From: Camelus ferus
Lineage: Eukaryota
NCBI RefSeq assembly: GCF_009834535.1
Contig: NC_045697.1
Coordinates: 111,912,001 to 111,976,000 of the forward strand
Direction of reading: 5' to 3'
Length of the DNA stretch: 64,000 bases
Shown: piece after piece, positions 53,116 to 64,000 of the stretch
How the letters are laid out: the number at the start of each line of letters is the position of its first letter
Position numbering within the stretch: the stretch's first letter is position 1
Position numbers and translations under genes: made by a program
The notes under the pieces: generated by a model
Seen by the model: only the letters and a program-made list of their open reading frames with translations
What the model was told of the DNA's origin: nothing
Database searches by the model: none

Positions 53116-53777
53116 TGTCAAAGACAGAAACCAAAAGAGCACTGATCATGATTTTATTCAGGCTATTGCAGTAGGGAAAACGCCCCAGATCTGAGATCAA
53201 GGTGTCTCAGAAGCTGTTTCACCTTAGACTCCCCGGGGAGGAGGGGAGCCGCTCCGGTGGGGTGCTGTACTGTCTGAATTGCTCTGTAATCAAGGGAAGT
53301 CTCAGGCAGTCAGCTGTGCAGGAGAAGTGTCTCTCTGTGCCTAGCTAATTTCAGGGGGACAAACAGTTCTAATCTCAGCTAAGCCATCCGTGAGACAAAG
53401 AACAAGGCATCGTCTGTCCTTGCTGGCAGGTTCAGGTGAAAGGAGAAAGGTCTGTGTTTGTTCCTGCCAGAGGTAAACAAATGAGTCCTCGAAAGACTCC
53501 GAGGGTCATGAGGTGTGGACAGGGAGGTTTCCCCACATCGAATGGGGAGAGGTAAGCCATTTCCCAGAGTGAGGGGGTTTTGGAAAGCGAAAGGTTTGGG
53601 GAATTTCCTAACTATAGCTGTTTTCCTGGAAGCACAGAGCTCAGGCAAACTTCTGCATTGTCAGTTTTCCCTTTCGGATTGGCTTAAAGAAAGCATAGGA
53701 TCAAATTTTTTTTTTTTAAATAATTTTCACTGTGCTGGGAAATTTATCCACTTGATTGCATTCAGGGTCCCCACACA
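53116..53777 (-). mobile_element. ERV1-type solo LTR, ~660 bp, sense to SMIM31
   Basis: TG...CA ends; TSD GTTT at 53112-53115 and 53778-53781; minus-strand AATAAA at 53158-53153. Confidence 0.7.
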
Positions 53778-53781
53778 GTTT

Positions 53782-53940
53782 TGGTTTTTTTTCTTTTTAA
53801 ATACTGAAAGTTTAAAATTAAAAAAAAATTTATTTGTTTGCTTGTTTATTTATTTATTTATTATGGAAGTACCGGGGATTGAACCCAGGACTTTGTGCGT
53901 GCTAAGCGTAGGCTCTACCACTGAGCTATATCCACCGCCC
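53782..53940 (-). mobile_element. vic-1-like SINE
   Basis: ggggattgaacccaggac...accactgagctata. Confidence 0.9.
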
Positions 53941-55451
53941 CAGGACCAAATTTCTGATCCACTTCCTACAAGTGGGTAGATTTAATAGCATGCATCCAGC
54001 TAATTTCTCGGATGATAACAGGATAGTGGGTAACACCGCTGAGCAGATAATTCCGTAACAGGAAACTTCTTTTTAGTCTGAGAATAACTAATACTGGAAA
54101 TGGTGATTTAGAGTGAATCTACTTTCAGGGCAAAATTTAACAGAAGTCAGCAAAAAAAATTTTGAATGGGCCTTTATCTTGAAAAATGAAACTTATAAAA
54201 GGAAAATAAATTTACTGTATCACTTATTTTACAGAAGGCAGTTTGTAGTTGCAACTCTAAGGTAATTTTAGCACAAACAATGGACGTAGGTGTTGATTTG
54301 GGGAGCATCACTTTTTTGACACGCTTGTATCACAGCTTCCTACAACACTCTTCTCTTTATGTGTGATTTTTCATGGCATAATTTCTTAGAGGATACCACT
54401 TGCAAAGGATATTCAAGGCTTCATCAATTTCCTGAGATGTCTTTCAATCTTTTGATATTCACTTTACTCTTTTTTGAGGTGTCTGCGTATCCTTCCCTTC
54501 TTCATTTTCTAACTTTATTAAGGGTTCCTTCGTCAATTGGCTTTGCGTGAGCCACTCCAGCATCCTCACCCTTCCAGGACATCAGGTTTTTATCTTCTGT
54601 ATGTGATGCCACCTCAGCAGCTGATGTGGATTGAATATGTTGTATGGCTGGACATTTAGAACAAATGTGTTGACCAGTGTGTGGGTTGTTTAAGTGAGTA
54701 CAAACTTCCTTGGTTCTCTAATAAATATTTTCCTTTGCTCTATGATGATCCTCATTGCTCTATTAAATTCCTAATTATGAAGACTTCCAAAAAGGAAACT
54801 CCAGTAGCAGCCACCCCTCTGCATTTTTATGGTTTATTCATGTAATTCTCACTTTGACTCTATGAGGCAGGTGCCACTATTGCCCCCCATACATGAAAAA
54901 CAAAGGCTTTGAGAATTGTGTAATTTACCCTAAGTCAGGAGTGACCAATGGCAGAGCGGGGACATGAGCGCAGGAGTCTTAGTAACAGTTTCTACTTTTT
55001 GCTGAAATGGGATGCCAGCCTTCTCCTCACCAAGAACACCCACTTCTGTTTTTCCTAACTTTATCCTTCCCTTTGCCTGAATTTCTGTGTTTACTCACTG
55101 GAAGTTCAGTTGTATCTTGTTATATATTGTTAGCCAATTTAAATTCTTGGTAGGAAAAAAGAGAGGAATACGCATTTTTAAAAAAGCAAGTATTTTTTTC
55201 AAGGGAATCTGGAGATGATGTGCTGTGACACACCAAGTTCTGGTTCCTGTGAACTAGAGACCCACCTGGACTCTCAGTTGAGCGATCTGAGGTTAAGGTC
55301 AAAGCCGCAATGTCCTCATTTGTAAAGCAGTGAGGTTACCATTACCTATCTCATAAGGTTATTTTAAGATTAAACACAATAGTATATCTGAAGTGCTTGG
55401 TAGTATCTTGCATTTTACATGGAAGGCAGCTAATAAATATTTCTATCATCA

Positions 55452-55610
55452 TTTTTTTAATGTTTTTTAATTATTTTTAATTATTTTTAATTTGTTTTTT
55501 TGGGGGGGATTATTAGATTTATTTATTTTTATTGGAGGCACTGGGGTTTGAACCCAGGACCTCATGCATGCTAAGCATGTGCTCTACCACCGAGCTATAC
55601 CCTCTCCCTC
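55452..55610 (-). mobile_element. vic-1-like SINE
   Basis: SINE core; TSD atcatca. Confidence 0.9.
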
Positions 55611-57571
55611 CATCATCAATTGTTTTTGTGCTGACAGCGAGACAGGCAGTCCAGTAACAGTGTCCTGGGCTGGGAGAGCACAGCCTTGCTTCATTCTAAG
55701 TTCCACTCTATTCCATTATGTAACTTTTATTTTTCTCAATTTTTAAGTCATCAATATAAGACAACCTTTTTTTTTTTCCCCCAGATTGAATGGATTTTTA
55801 AAGCTTTGGAAAGGCACCCTCTAAGTTAATTCTGTAATGATCAGGTTACAAATATTTTATTTTATTATTTTGACGAGAGACAAAATAGCACTGAAGTCAG
55901 CACCTACGAATCTCACAGGAAAGCAATACCTATCTTGGGATGACTCATTTCGGGTGCTTGTGTCATACTGGGGTATCTTAGTGTGATTAGAAAGTCCCAG
56001 GGGACAATGCTTTTGGTCACGGCTGTGGTAGAGAGGCTTCCTTGGCCGGTCAATAAAATTTCTATATGGCTACATGATTCTCTACTGTGACTGAATTCTC
56101 TTCTCATTTGGACTCAAATTTGCAAAGAAACATATATTTTAAGTTTTGACTTTAAGTTTTAGAATATATTTTATGGTCTAGGACTAGAGCAACATACTTA
56201 AGCACCTCTGAAAAGTCAGGGGTAGATGATCTATGTAAACTCAGTTAGGGGTCAAAACAGCCAGACCTCTTCCAGTGAGAAGAGCTGAAGTGACACGTCT
56301 TGGAAAAGCTTTCTCTGGAGACTCCTTACAGTAACAGGCACAAAAATGTTGGTTCTCGGTCAGTTTCTCAATAAAGAAAATTTCCTGGAGTATCTCAGGG
56401 CTTTGCCATACCTTATACCCTTTCATAACAAAGAAAGTTTTCTCAAGCGTTCCACATAGAAAGGAAAAGCAAATTGAGAATGTTACTTACCAGTGAGATA
56501 AGTGGGCTTATAAACTATTAAGAGCTGCAGAAATCTTACGCTACTAAAATAGTCTGATTTTTAAAGACTGACTCTCAACTGTTCCAAACACATCAAGTAT
56601 TTTCTCGAACGTAAGCCCAAGCACTCGTGACGTGTTAGGACCTGAGGCAAGACTGAAGTGGAGGTGGGGGCCCTCTCCTCCGGCTCTGTGTCTGCCCTGC
56701 GCCATGGAGGGCCTTGCTTGCTGGCATGTGGGCGCCCAGCCCCGTAGTCAAGCTGCCTCCTCCCCCAACGCACACAGATGAGCTTGGCTCCCTGGGACCT
56801 GGGAGTGTTCACATCAGAGGTTTGGCTCATCTTCTCGACCACTGTCGTCACCTGGAAGCTTGTTACAAATACAGAATTCCAGGCCTCATCCAGACCTACT
56901 GAATGGTAATTGACTTTTTCATAAAACCTCTCGCCGATTTGTAGGCAGGTTAGAATTCAAGAGCTTCCGCTCTTCGTGGGAGGCTGGGGACAGGGGCCCC
57001 GTCTCTTAGGTGTAAGAGAGGCCCTATTAAAATGCTTGGTTCCCCTCTTGACTTCTGAAGGGACTGAGAAGATCCTGGCCAATGATCAGTTCTGTTCAAT
57101 TCCTGGTTGGACTTAAGGTACATTTCAAATTACAGCTGAGTTTTCACTTTATAGATAATATATTTAAGTTTTTCGGTCAGGTCACTTTTCCTTACGCTGC
57201 TTTCTTATTTAGAATGCACCCCACCCACCCTACTCTGTCAGTCTCACTAAGGTGGCCATCTCTCCTCTGAAGCCTGTCTCGATGCCCCCTGAGGAAGACC
57301 TTCCATTGTGACCTCATCATCCTTAATCCAAACCTCTGGTAGACCACTTGGCGACTTCTGCTCTGGTCGTACAACTGAATCCCCCACGAGACCACCAGCT
57401 CCCTGAGGTGGGAACTGAGTCCCATTTGGCTTTAGAGCCTCCATAACTCATAGCCGAGCCTATGAGATTTTAATAAACTTATGTGAATTAAATCTCAGTC
57501 CTCGAAGTTTCTTTTCAGTGGCTCCTGCAATTCTCTGCTTGTGCCAGAAAGGAAATTCAAACAGCTCTGCT

Positions 57572-57723
57572 ATTTATTTATTTTTTTAAATTAAATTTTT
57601 TTTTGTGGAGGGAGATGATTAGGTTTACTTATTTATTTTTTCAGAGGGGGTCCTGGGGATTGAACCCAGGACCTTGTGCATGCTCAGCACACGCTCTACC
57701 ACTTGAGCTATACCCTCCCTCCC
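57572..57723 (-). mobile_element. vic-1-like SINE
   Basis: SINE core; TSD gctctgc at 57564-57570 and 57724-57730. Confidence 0.9.
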
Positions 57724-58494
57724 GCTCTGCCATTCAGTGAAGGTAGATTTTACTCATAAGTCTTATTACATTTAGGAAAGGGTATATCTTTCATACTCTC
57801 AGGCAAAATTGTGCCTGTGACTGAGCTGGTGGTCACGAGGGGGAGGCAAGGGCCCGGCCAGTGGTGTTCTTTGATGGGAATCCCTGAGCAGTTAGTTCCT
57901 GCTGTGAGTGTCATAGCATTCAGATGGAGGAATTGCTTGAGCTTGGAAAGTACACATCAAATCAGGTGGAACAGAGTTGAAGAAAAAGAAGCATGGGATT
58001 CAAAAATGCAAACAAAAGGTAAATGTCTTGGCCTGGCCCCAGCCTTTGGCTCCTGGAACCCAAGGATCATAACTGGGGAGTCAAGGAGGGTGCAGAGAGG
58101 GTGCAGGGACTCAGAATTGGGGGCCTGGGCTCTAGTTTGGGCTCTTCTGCTCATTAACTGAGCAGCTGAGAAACTCACTAAAAACATTTTTGGGTCTCTG
58201 TTGTCACGTCTGAAGCATGAATAGTTACTGAGTGCTTCTTCACCAGAGATGAAAGCCAGAATAATGTGGGCGGGAGGGTTTATTTAAAGACACCTGGTCG
58301 GGTGTGACGCCCAGAAATGCAAATTTGTTGGTTTATGATGGGCCCCAAGCACAATGTGTCTTTCTGATATTTATTTCTGGTCCAGTATCAGTAAATGAGA
58401 TGCTCTCTTAACATTCCTTCGAGCTCGAAGGTTCCCCACTTTAATGACTACCAGCCTCATAGAGGCTGCGTCCTTACGAGTCTGCGTGTCTGGC

Positions 58495-58935
58495 AGACAC
58501 CGCTGGCTGTGCCCTTCTTCCTGCAGGAACACAAACCCAAAGTTTCAGCTCGGCACACGCCTTCCAGAATAACAATTACATCTCCCAGCTTTCCTTTGGG
58601 TACCGCCATGGACTACGTTCTGGCCAAAGGGGAGTGGGATGTGCAGATTCTGGGAGTGCCCTTCAAAGACAGAGGTGTGCTCTCTTCCATCTTCTTGCTG
58701 ACCAGATGCATCTCAGATAGTGGGAGATGGACCAGCCGGGTCAGTGCCTGACCCGGGAGCTGCAGCGGGAGATGGGAGAGAACCCAGACCCGATACCACA
58801 CGCAGTGTATGTCAGCCAGGAACTTTCTAGACCCCGGCTTCCCTTCTGTGTGAGAGGAACACATCGTTATCTAGCTAAAGACACTGTTATTTTGGTTTTA
58901 TGTTTCTTTCAGCCAGACCCATTTCAAACTAACAC
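58495..58935 (+). mobile_element. LTR33/LTR16-like ERVL LTR
   Basis: tttcagctcggcacac..ccagaataa...tacatctcccagc...gttctggccaa..ggg. Confidence 0.65.
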
Positions 58936-59881
58936 AATGTGGAGCACGAAAAAGACTTTTGGACTCTCAATCTGCGTGTCAGCATGAATTGGAATGTCTG
59001 TTTACCATGGCTTTCTGTTTACTACTTCTGCAAGTGTCATATGTCTATATGACAGAGAACAATACTGTATTTCACAGACAGCACTTCTTTTGTAGCCAGT
59101 GATTGATGGAGAAGTATCATGATTTTAGGAAACATAATTATTTTTATGATTTTATCTTATTCTTTACAAATATGTATTATTTCCTTGGTATACACTATAT
59201 ATATTATATAGATATATATCTATGTATAATTTTTGTCCCCCAAAATGGTAGTTACCATTAATTTTGCATGAAACTTAGTGGGTCTTGAACTACAATGAAA
59301 TACCAAGCACATTTAAATAACATACTGTAGCCAACAACTGTTATCACTGGCAAGGAGCAAACATGTAGTGTTGAGTTTTTAAAATACTTCTACGTAGTTT
59401 TCAAAAGTTTGGGCTTTGACATCTTGGGCATTAGAACAAACCTTTAATCCTGTAACTTCCCATGTGTAGTTGAATGAATACACACCTGCACACACACACC
59501 ATATGCAGGCACTATGATGGAATTTGTTTCTTGTGAATTTGCATTTGGGCTGTGAAAAATTACCTTTAAAGACTTTGAAAGTTTCTGGTGGGGGATGGGG
59601 ATGAGGGGCAGGGATGGGAGGCTGGAGAAAGACAAATTATGTGTGTATATGTATATACAAAATTCAAGACATAAGATCTGCCAAATTCTGGAGTTAAAAG
59701 TCAAGTGAATGATCTTTTCTATTTCCAAACCTTTCTTAATGAATAATGGTAAAGTTGCCATGGTAAATATTTTAGGTCATTTAACAAGCCAACTCTCTTG
59801 CACACACACACACGCACACACACCCCCCATACTGCAAAGCAAACTCATTCTCACACACAGAACAGAAACTAAACCAAATCA

Positions 59882-60080
<199 letters not shown>

Positions 60081-61282
60081 CTGCAACAGAAACCCGACGT
60101 TGGCTTAGTGCACTCCAGTCCAGACACAGCTTGTCGAGCAGTAATTTTAGAACGAGACTTAGTAGGACCTGTTAAATCACTTCTGTGCACCTGGAGCAAT
60201 GCCTCTGGCACCGGGAAAAATGGAGCGTGCTCTTGTTTTTGGAGATTTGGCATCACTATTGGTGTAAGTGGGCTTACACTTTACCGTGTAGGTTGGGGGA
60301 GGATGGGGAAGTCGAAATGGCAAAGTCAGTTCATGTTTATGACATTTGTTACCTTTCGGACAAAACTCTGGGAGTAAAGCTAGGGTGCATTTCATTTCAT
60401 GACAGAAAAAAAGAGTAATGTTGATATGTATCTCACTGACCACACCCAGGTTCAGAGTGAAACCTTTTTTGTTCAAGTGCCTGAAATTACCCGGCACTTG
60501 CTAACCAGGTGATAAATACACAATGGAAGCAATTATTAGTGAAGAAACCATAGACCTCAGTGTAGCTGGATCCAACATCACCCAAATAAAGATAAAAGTG
60601 TTAACAATTCAAGCATGAGTTCAGATCCCAAAAAGTAGAGCTCATGTATTTAGAAAGGAAATAGTAGAGAAATGATAACATTATCTAGTTGCAAGTAACC
60701 CCTTTTTTCTGTCTTTCAGTGTTTACTACCTAAATGGAAAATATTTAAACCACTGCAGCACAGGGAATGTTATGATTTAAGAACACCCAGAGAAAGAGAT
60801 TTCACATCCTTCCACTGCAACTCATCCCAAATTCTTTATCTGCTGTCTTTTTAGGGAAATAAGTTCTTGGGGTCTTTACCTAAGGGTTTCAAGTTCCTTT
60901 GAATGTATTTTTAAAATGACTTCATTGTAGCTGAGAGAAAAGATTTGAGGTGGGAGCTGGGTTTGCTCTTTTTCTTAATTGCTGACATCCAGAGTTGCCA
61001 CAGAACAGAGGTGGGAGAGGGGAAAATACGTTCTTGGCTTTCTCTTGATTTCTAATGAGGTTGAACATATTTGTCATGTGTTGATTAATTTGTTTACATT
61101 GTTTGTTCTGTGAATAACTTGTCCATAGCCTTTGCCCGGTGTTAAACTGGGCATTTGTAATTTTCTCACTGATTTGTAGACACTCACTATATACTTTGGA
61201 TAAAGAAATTGTATTACCTTTCAATCTGTCTCTTGTCTTTATGATCTTTTTTATTATTCAGATTTTCAAACATTTATTTTTT

Positions 61283-61534
61283 TAAAGGTTTTAATTCTTT
61301 TTTAAAAATTTAGATTTTTACTGAGGTGGAGTTGACCTACAGTGTTAGTTTTGGGTGTGCAGCAAAGTGATTCAGTTACACATATGCATACGTATAATAC
61401 ATATGTACGTATTTCCAGATTCTCTCCCATTGTAGCTTATTACAAGAAATTGAATATAGTTCCCTGTGCTATACAATAGGTCCTTGTTTATATATTTTAT
61501 ATATAGTAGTGTGTCTTTTAATCCAAACTCCTAA
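61283..61534 (-). mobile_element. L1 3'UTR fragment inserted in an older L1 (~61030-61270)
   Basis: tgaatatagttccctgtgctatacaataggtccttg; TSD ttcaaa(c/a)atttatttt. Confidence 0.85.
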
Positions 61535-62009
61535 TTCAAAAATTTATTTTTAACAAAGTTGAATCCGCCTTGAGTGAAAAAGTCCTTGTACCTCTCTGGC
61601 CCCATTCCTAGTTCTCCCTGGGGTCTTGCCATGTCTGGGGTAGTGATTAGAGGCTAACTATTACTTATGACATTGCATTGTTAACAAAATTAATGATGCC
61701 AGCACATACTGCCTCACCACTGCCCCTTGTCATCCATCTCATCACATGAAAATCAGGTTCCCAGCTGGACACTCAGATTGAGATGACATGGGGAGGAGGT
61801 GTCCAACACGGTAATGAAGACAATGAAACTGGGTGTTCCAGATGGTTTAGGGAAATCAGTGTAAGAAAAAGTGATTGTGCTGTTTTGTGGTATGCCCAGC
61901 ATTTACTACAGGGGATGGATTTCTGTTTTTTCTCTAAGAATGTATTGACTTTTTTCATCACTGTTGTGTTTCCAAAACCTAAGGTTAGTAGAGACAGAAT
62001 CTGTCAAAT

Positions 62010-62057
62010 CATGTTGACGTTAAGTCAAGTTGACGTTAAAGCATGTTGACATTAAGA
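62010..62057. repeat. 3 x 16-bp tandem repeat
   Basis: catgttgacgttaagt / caagttgacgttaaag / catgttgacattaaga. Confidence 0.85.
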
Positions 62058-62289
62058 GTCTGGGTGGTATTATAGGAACTGACTGACAGTAAATCACCTT
62101 GGCATAAATGTACCTGAGCAGGACCCTATTGTCTTATGTGAGCATAAGATATCTGTCATGGTGTTTGTAACTGCCTAACTGTGTCAAGGTTTAAAGGCTT
62201 TTCTCATGCTCTCACTGACCAGGGCTGGACTGGAGAGGAGGGAGGCTGGGGTGGTCCACCCAACCCCCTCGTGGTGCTGTGTGCACGTT

Positions 62290-63370
62290 TAATGGGTCAC
62301 GTGGTAAGAGGATGTTTGGTTTTCTAGAAAACTGCCAACTGTCTTTCAAAGAAGCTGTACTGTTTTGCATTTCCACAGCAATGAATGAGCCCTCTTTTTG
62401 CTCTGCATCTTTGCATTAACTTGGTGTTGTCAGTTTTGGGGATTTTTGTCATTCAAATGGATGTGTAGTAGTATGTAATTGCTTTTTAATGTGAATTTCC
62501 TTAATGATGTTGAACATCTTTTCATACACTTATTTGAATCTACATATCTTTGTTCAGATCTTTGCTCTTTTTTAAATTGGGTTGTTTGCTTTCTTATTGC
62601 TGAATTGGAAGAGTTTTTTGTATATTTCGGATCCAAGTCCTGTATCAGAGAAATGTTTTCCAGTTTCTCCTATTCTGTGGCTTGTCTCTTCACTCTCTGA
62701 ACAGTGTCTTTTGCAGAGCAGTTTTTAATTCTAATAAAGCCCAACTTACTACATTTTTATTTCTTTCTTTTTAATATATTTTTGTTGAGGTATAGTCAGT
62801 TTACAATGTTGTGTCAATTTCTGGTGTGCAACATAATGCTTCAGTCATACATGAACATTCATATATTTGTTTTCATGTTCTTTTTCACCATAAGTTACTA
62901 CAAGATATTGAATATAATTCCCTGTGCTATACAGTATAAACTTGTTTATCTATTTTCTATATAGTAGTTAGTATCTGCAAATCTCGGAACTCCCAGTTTA
63001 TCCTTTCCCACTCCCTACCCCCCATAACCATATACATTTTTTTTTCTTTTATGGATATTGCTTTTAGCATTTAGTGAGTCCAAAAACTCGTAGGCAAACC
63101 CAAGATCATGTAGATTTTCTTCTGTGTTACCTTCTAGAAGTTTTATAGTTTTCCCTTTTATATTTAAGTCTAAGATTCATTTTGAATTAATTTTTGTATA
63201 AGGTACGTGTCTAGGTTCTTGCCTCCTCCTCCTCCCATTTTTCTTTTTCCTCACATATGGATATCCCATTGTTCAAGTATGATTTGTTGAAAAGGCTCTT
63301 CTTTCTCTATTGTATTTCCTCTGTTCCTTTGTTAAAGATGAGTTAGAAACTCATTTGTGGAGATTGTTTT
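62290..63370 (-). mobile_element. L1M fragment with a nested younger L1 3' end (~62755-63030)
   Basis: Minus-strand ORF2-like text (AIRKQTTQFKK..MKRCSTSL); inner element flanked by ta(c/t)acatttt. Confidence 0.82.
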
Positions 63371-64000
63371 ATGACACTTTGAGCACTGTCCTTGTTGTCC
63401 TCAAAACTTCCTTCATGTTAATTATTTTAAGATCAGAGGTGAAGTATCTCGACAAACTAAGGCCTGCTCTTAATCCTGTGTTATCAGTCCTCGCCCTGGA
63501 GAGTCTCTGTGCGTGTCCTCTGTCACGATGTGTAAAAACAACACCAGAATTCATTACTGAGCCAAACTTGCTCTTTGTTAAAAAGAAATTCAGATGGCAA
63601 AGAGAAGTGGGGGTAAAAATAATTGAGTTCCATGGCACCTTAGCAAGACCCCTCTAGCCTAATTCTCTTCACCCTTCACCTCCTGAGTCCTGCACCGGCA
63701 CCTCCTCATTCAGGGCTGTTCTGGCTACTTCAGCGAGGTGCTCCTTCTTAGGTGGTTTTCTATTTTCTATCTCACTTTCCACGAGCGACACAGGTTAGCG
63801 AACACTGACCACACCTCTCTCTTGTCTCATTTCCCTCTGTGAGTGGATAAAGCTCTGGAGGACGGAGGCTCTTGCTTCTTTTGCCCCCTCCACGGCATCC
63901 ACTGTGACTTCTGCCCAGAGAAGGTTAAAGTCTAGAGCTGGAAAGTTACAACTAAAAGGCTGATAGAAAGCACCCATTAAAAAAAATTACACACACACAC

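Noticed and set aside
2763..57723. tRNA-Ala-like sequences with A/B boxes
   Set aside because: Seventeen diverged copies with AT-rich tails and TSDs are SINEs, not tRNA genes. They are irregularly spaced and are not a CRISPR-like array.

Overview
Mammalian genomic DNA, almost certainly camelid: 17 copies of a tRNA-Ala-derived vic-1-like SINE, plus L1, L2, MIR, MaLR/ERV LTRs and hAT MERs. The ORF track contains no real gene. The one supported gene is a spliced microprotein gene on the minus strand that the track missed because each exon codes <60 aa. This is SMIM31 (formerly lncRNA LINC01207), with coding exons 60058-59947 and 31511-31414 joined across a 28,435-bp phase-1 GT-AG intron. The product is 69 aa: [69 protein letters not shown]. 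The ATG exon starts at a splice acceptor (60080), so a non-coding first exon lies further upstream, probably beyond 64000. Positions ~1-28 kb are repeat-rich sequence downstream of the gene. Points worth a second look: an apparently early stop codon; a SINE inserted at a 3'UTR poly(A) site; a tandem IR1 (FXR-type) motif in the intron; an L1 3' transduction; a locally templated 24-bp insertion; a strongly GC-shifted old L1; and a 35-nt U2 retrocopy. I found no evidence for a novel multi-gene system. Repeat family names come from recall of consensus sequences, not from a database search, and repeat boundaries without TSDs are approximate.
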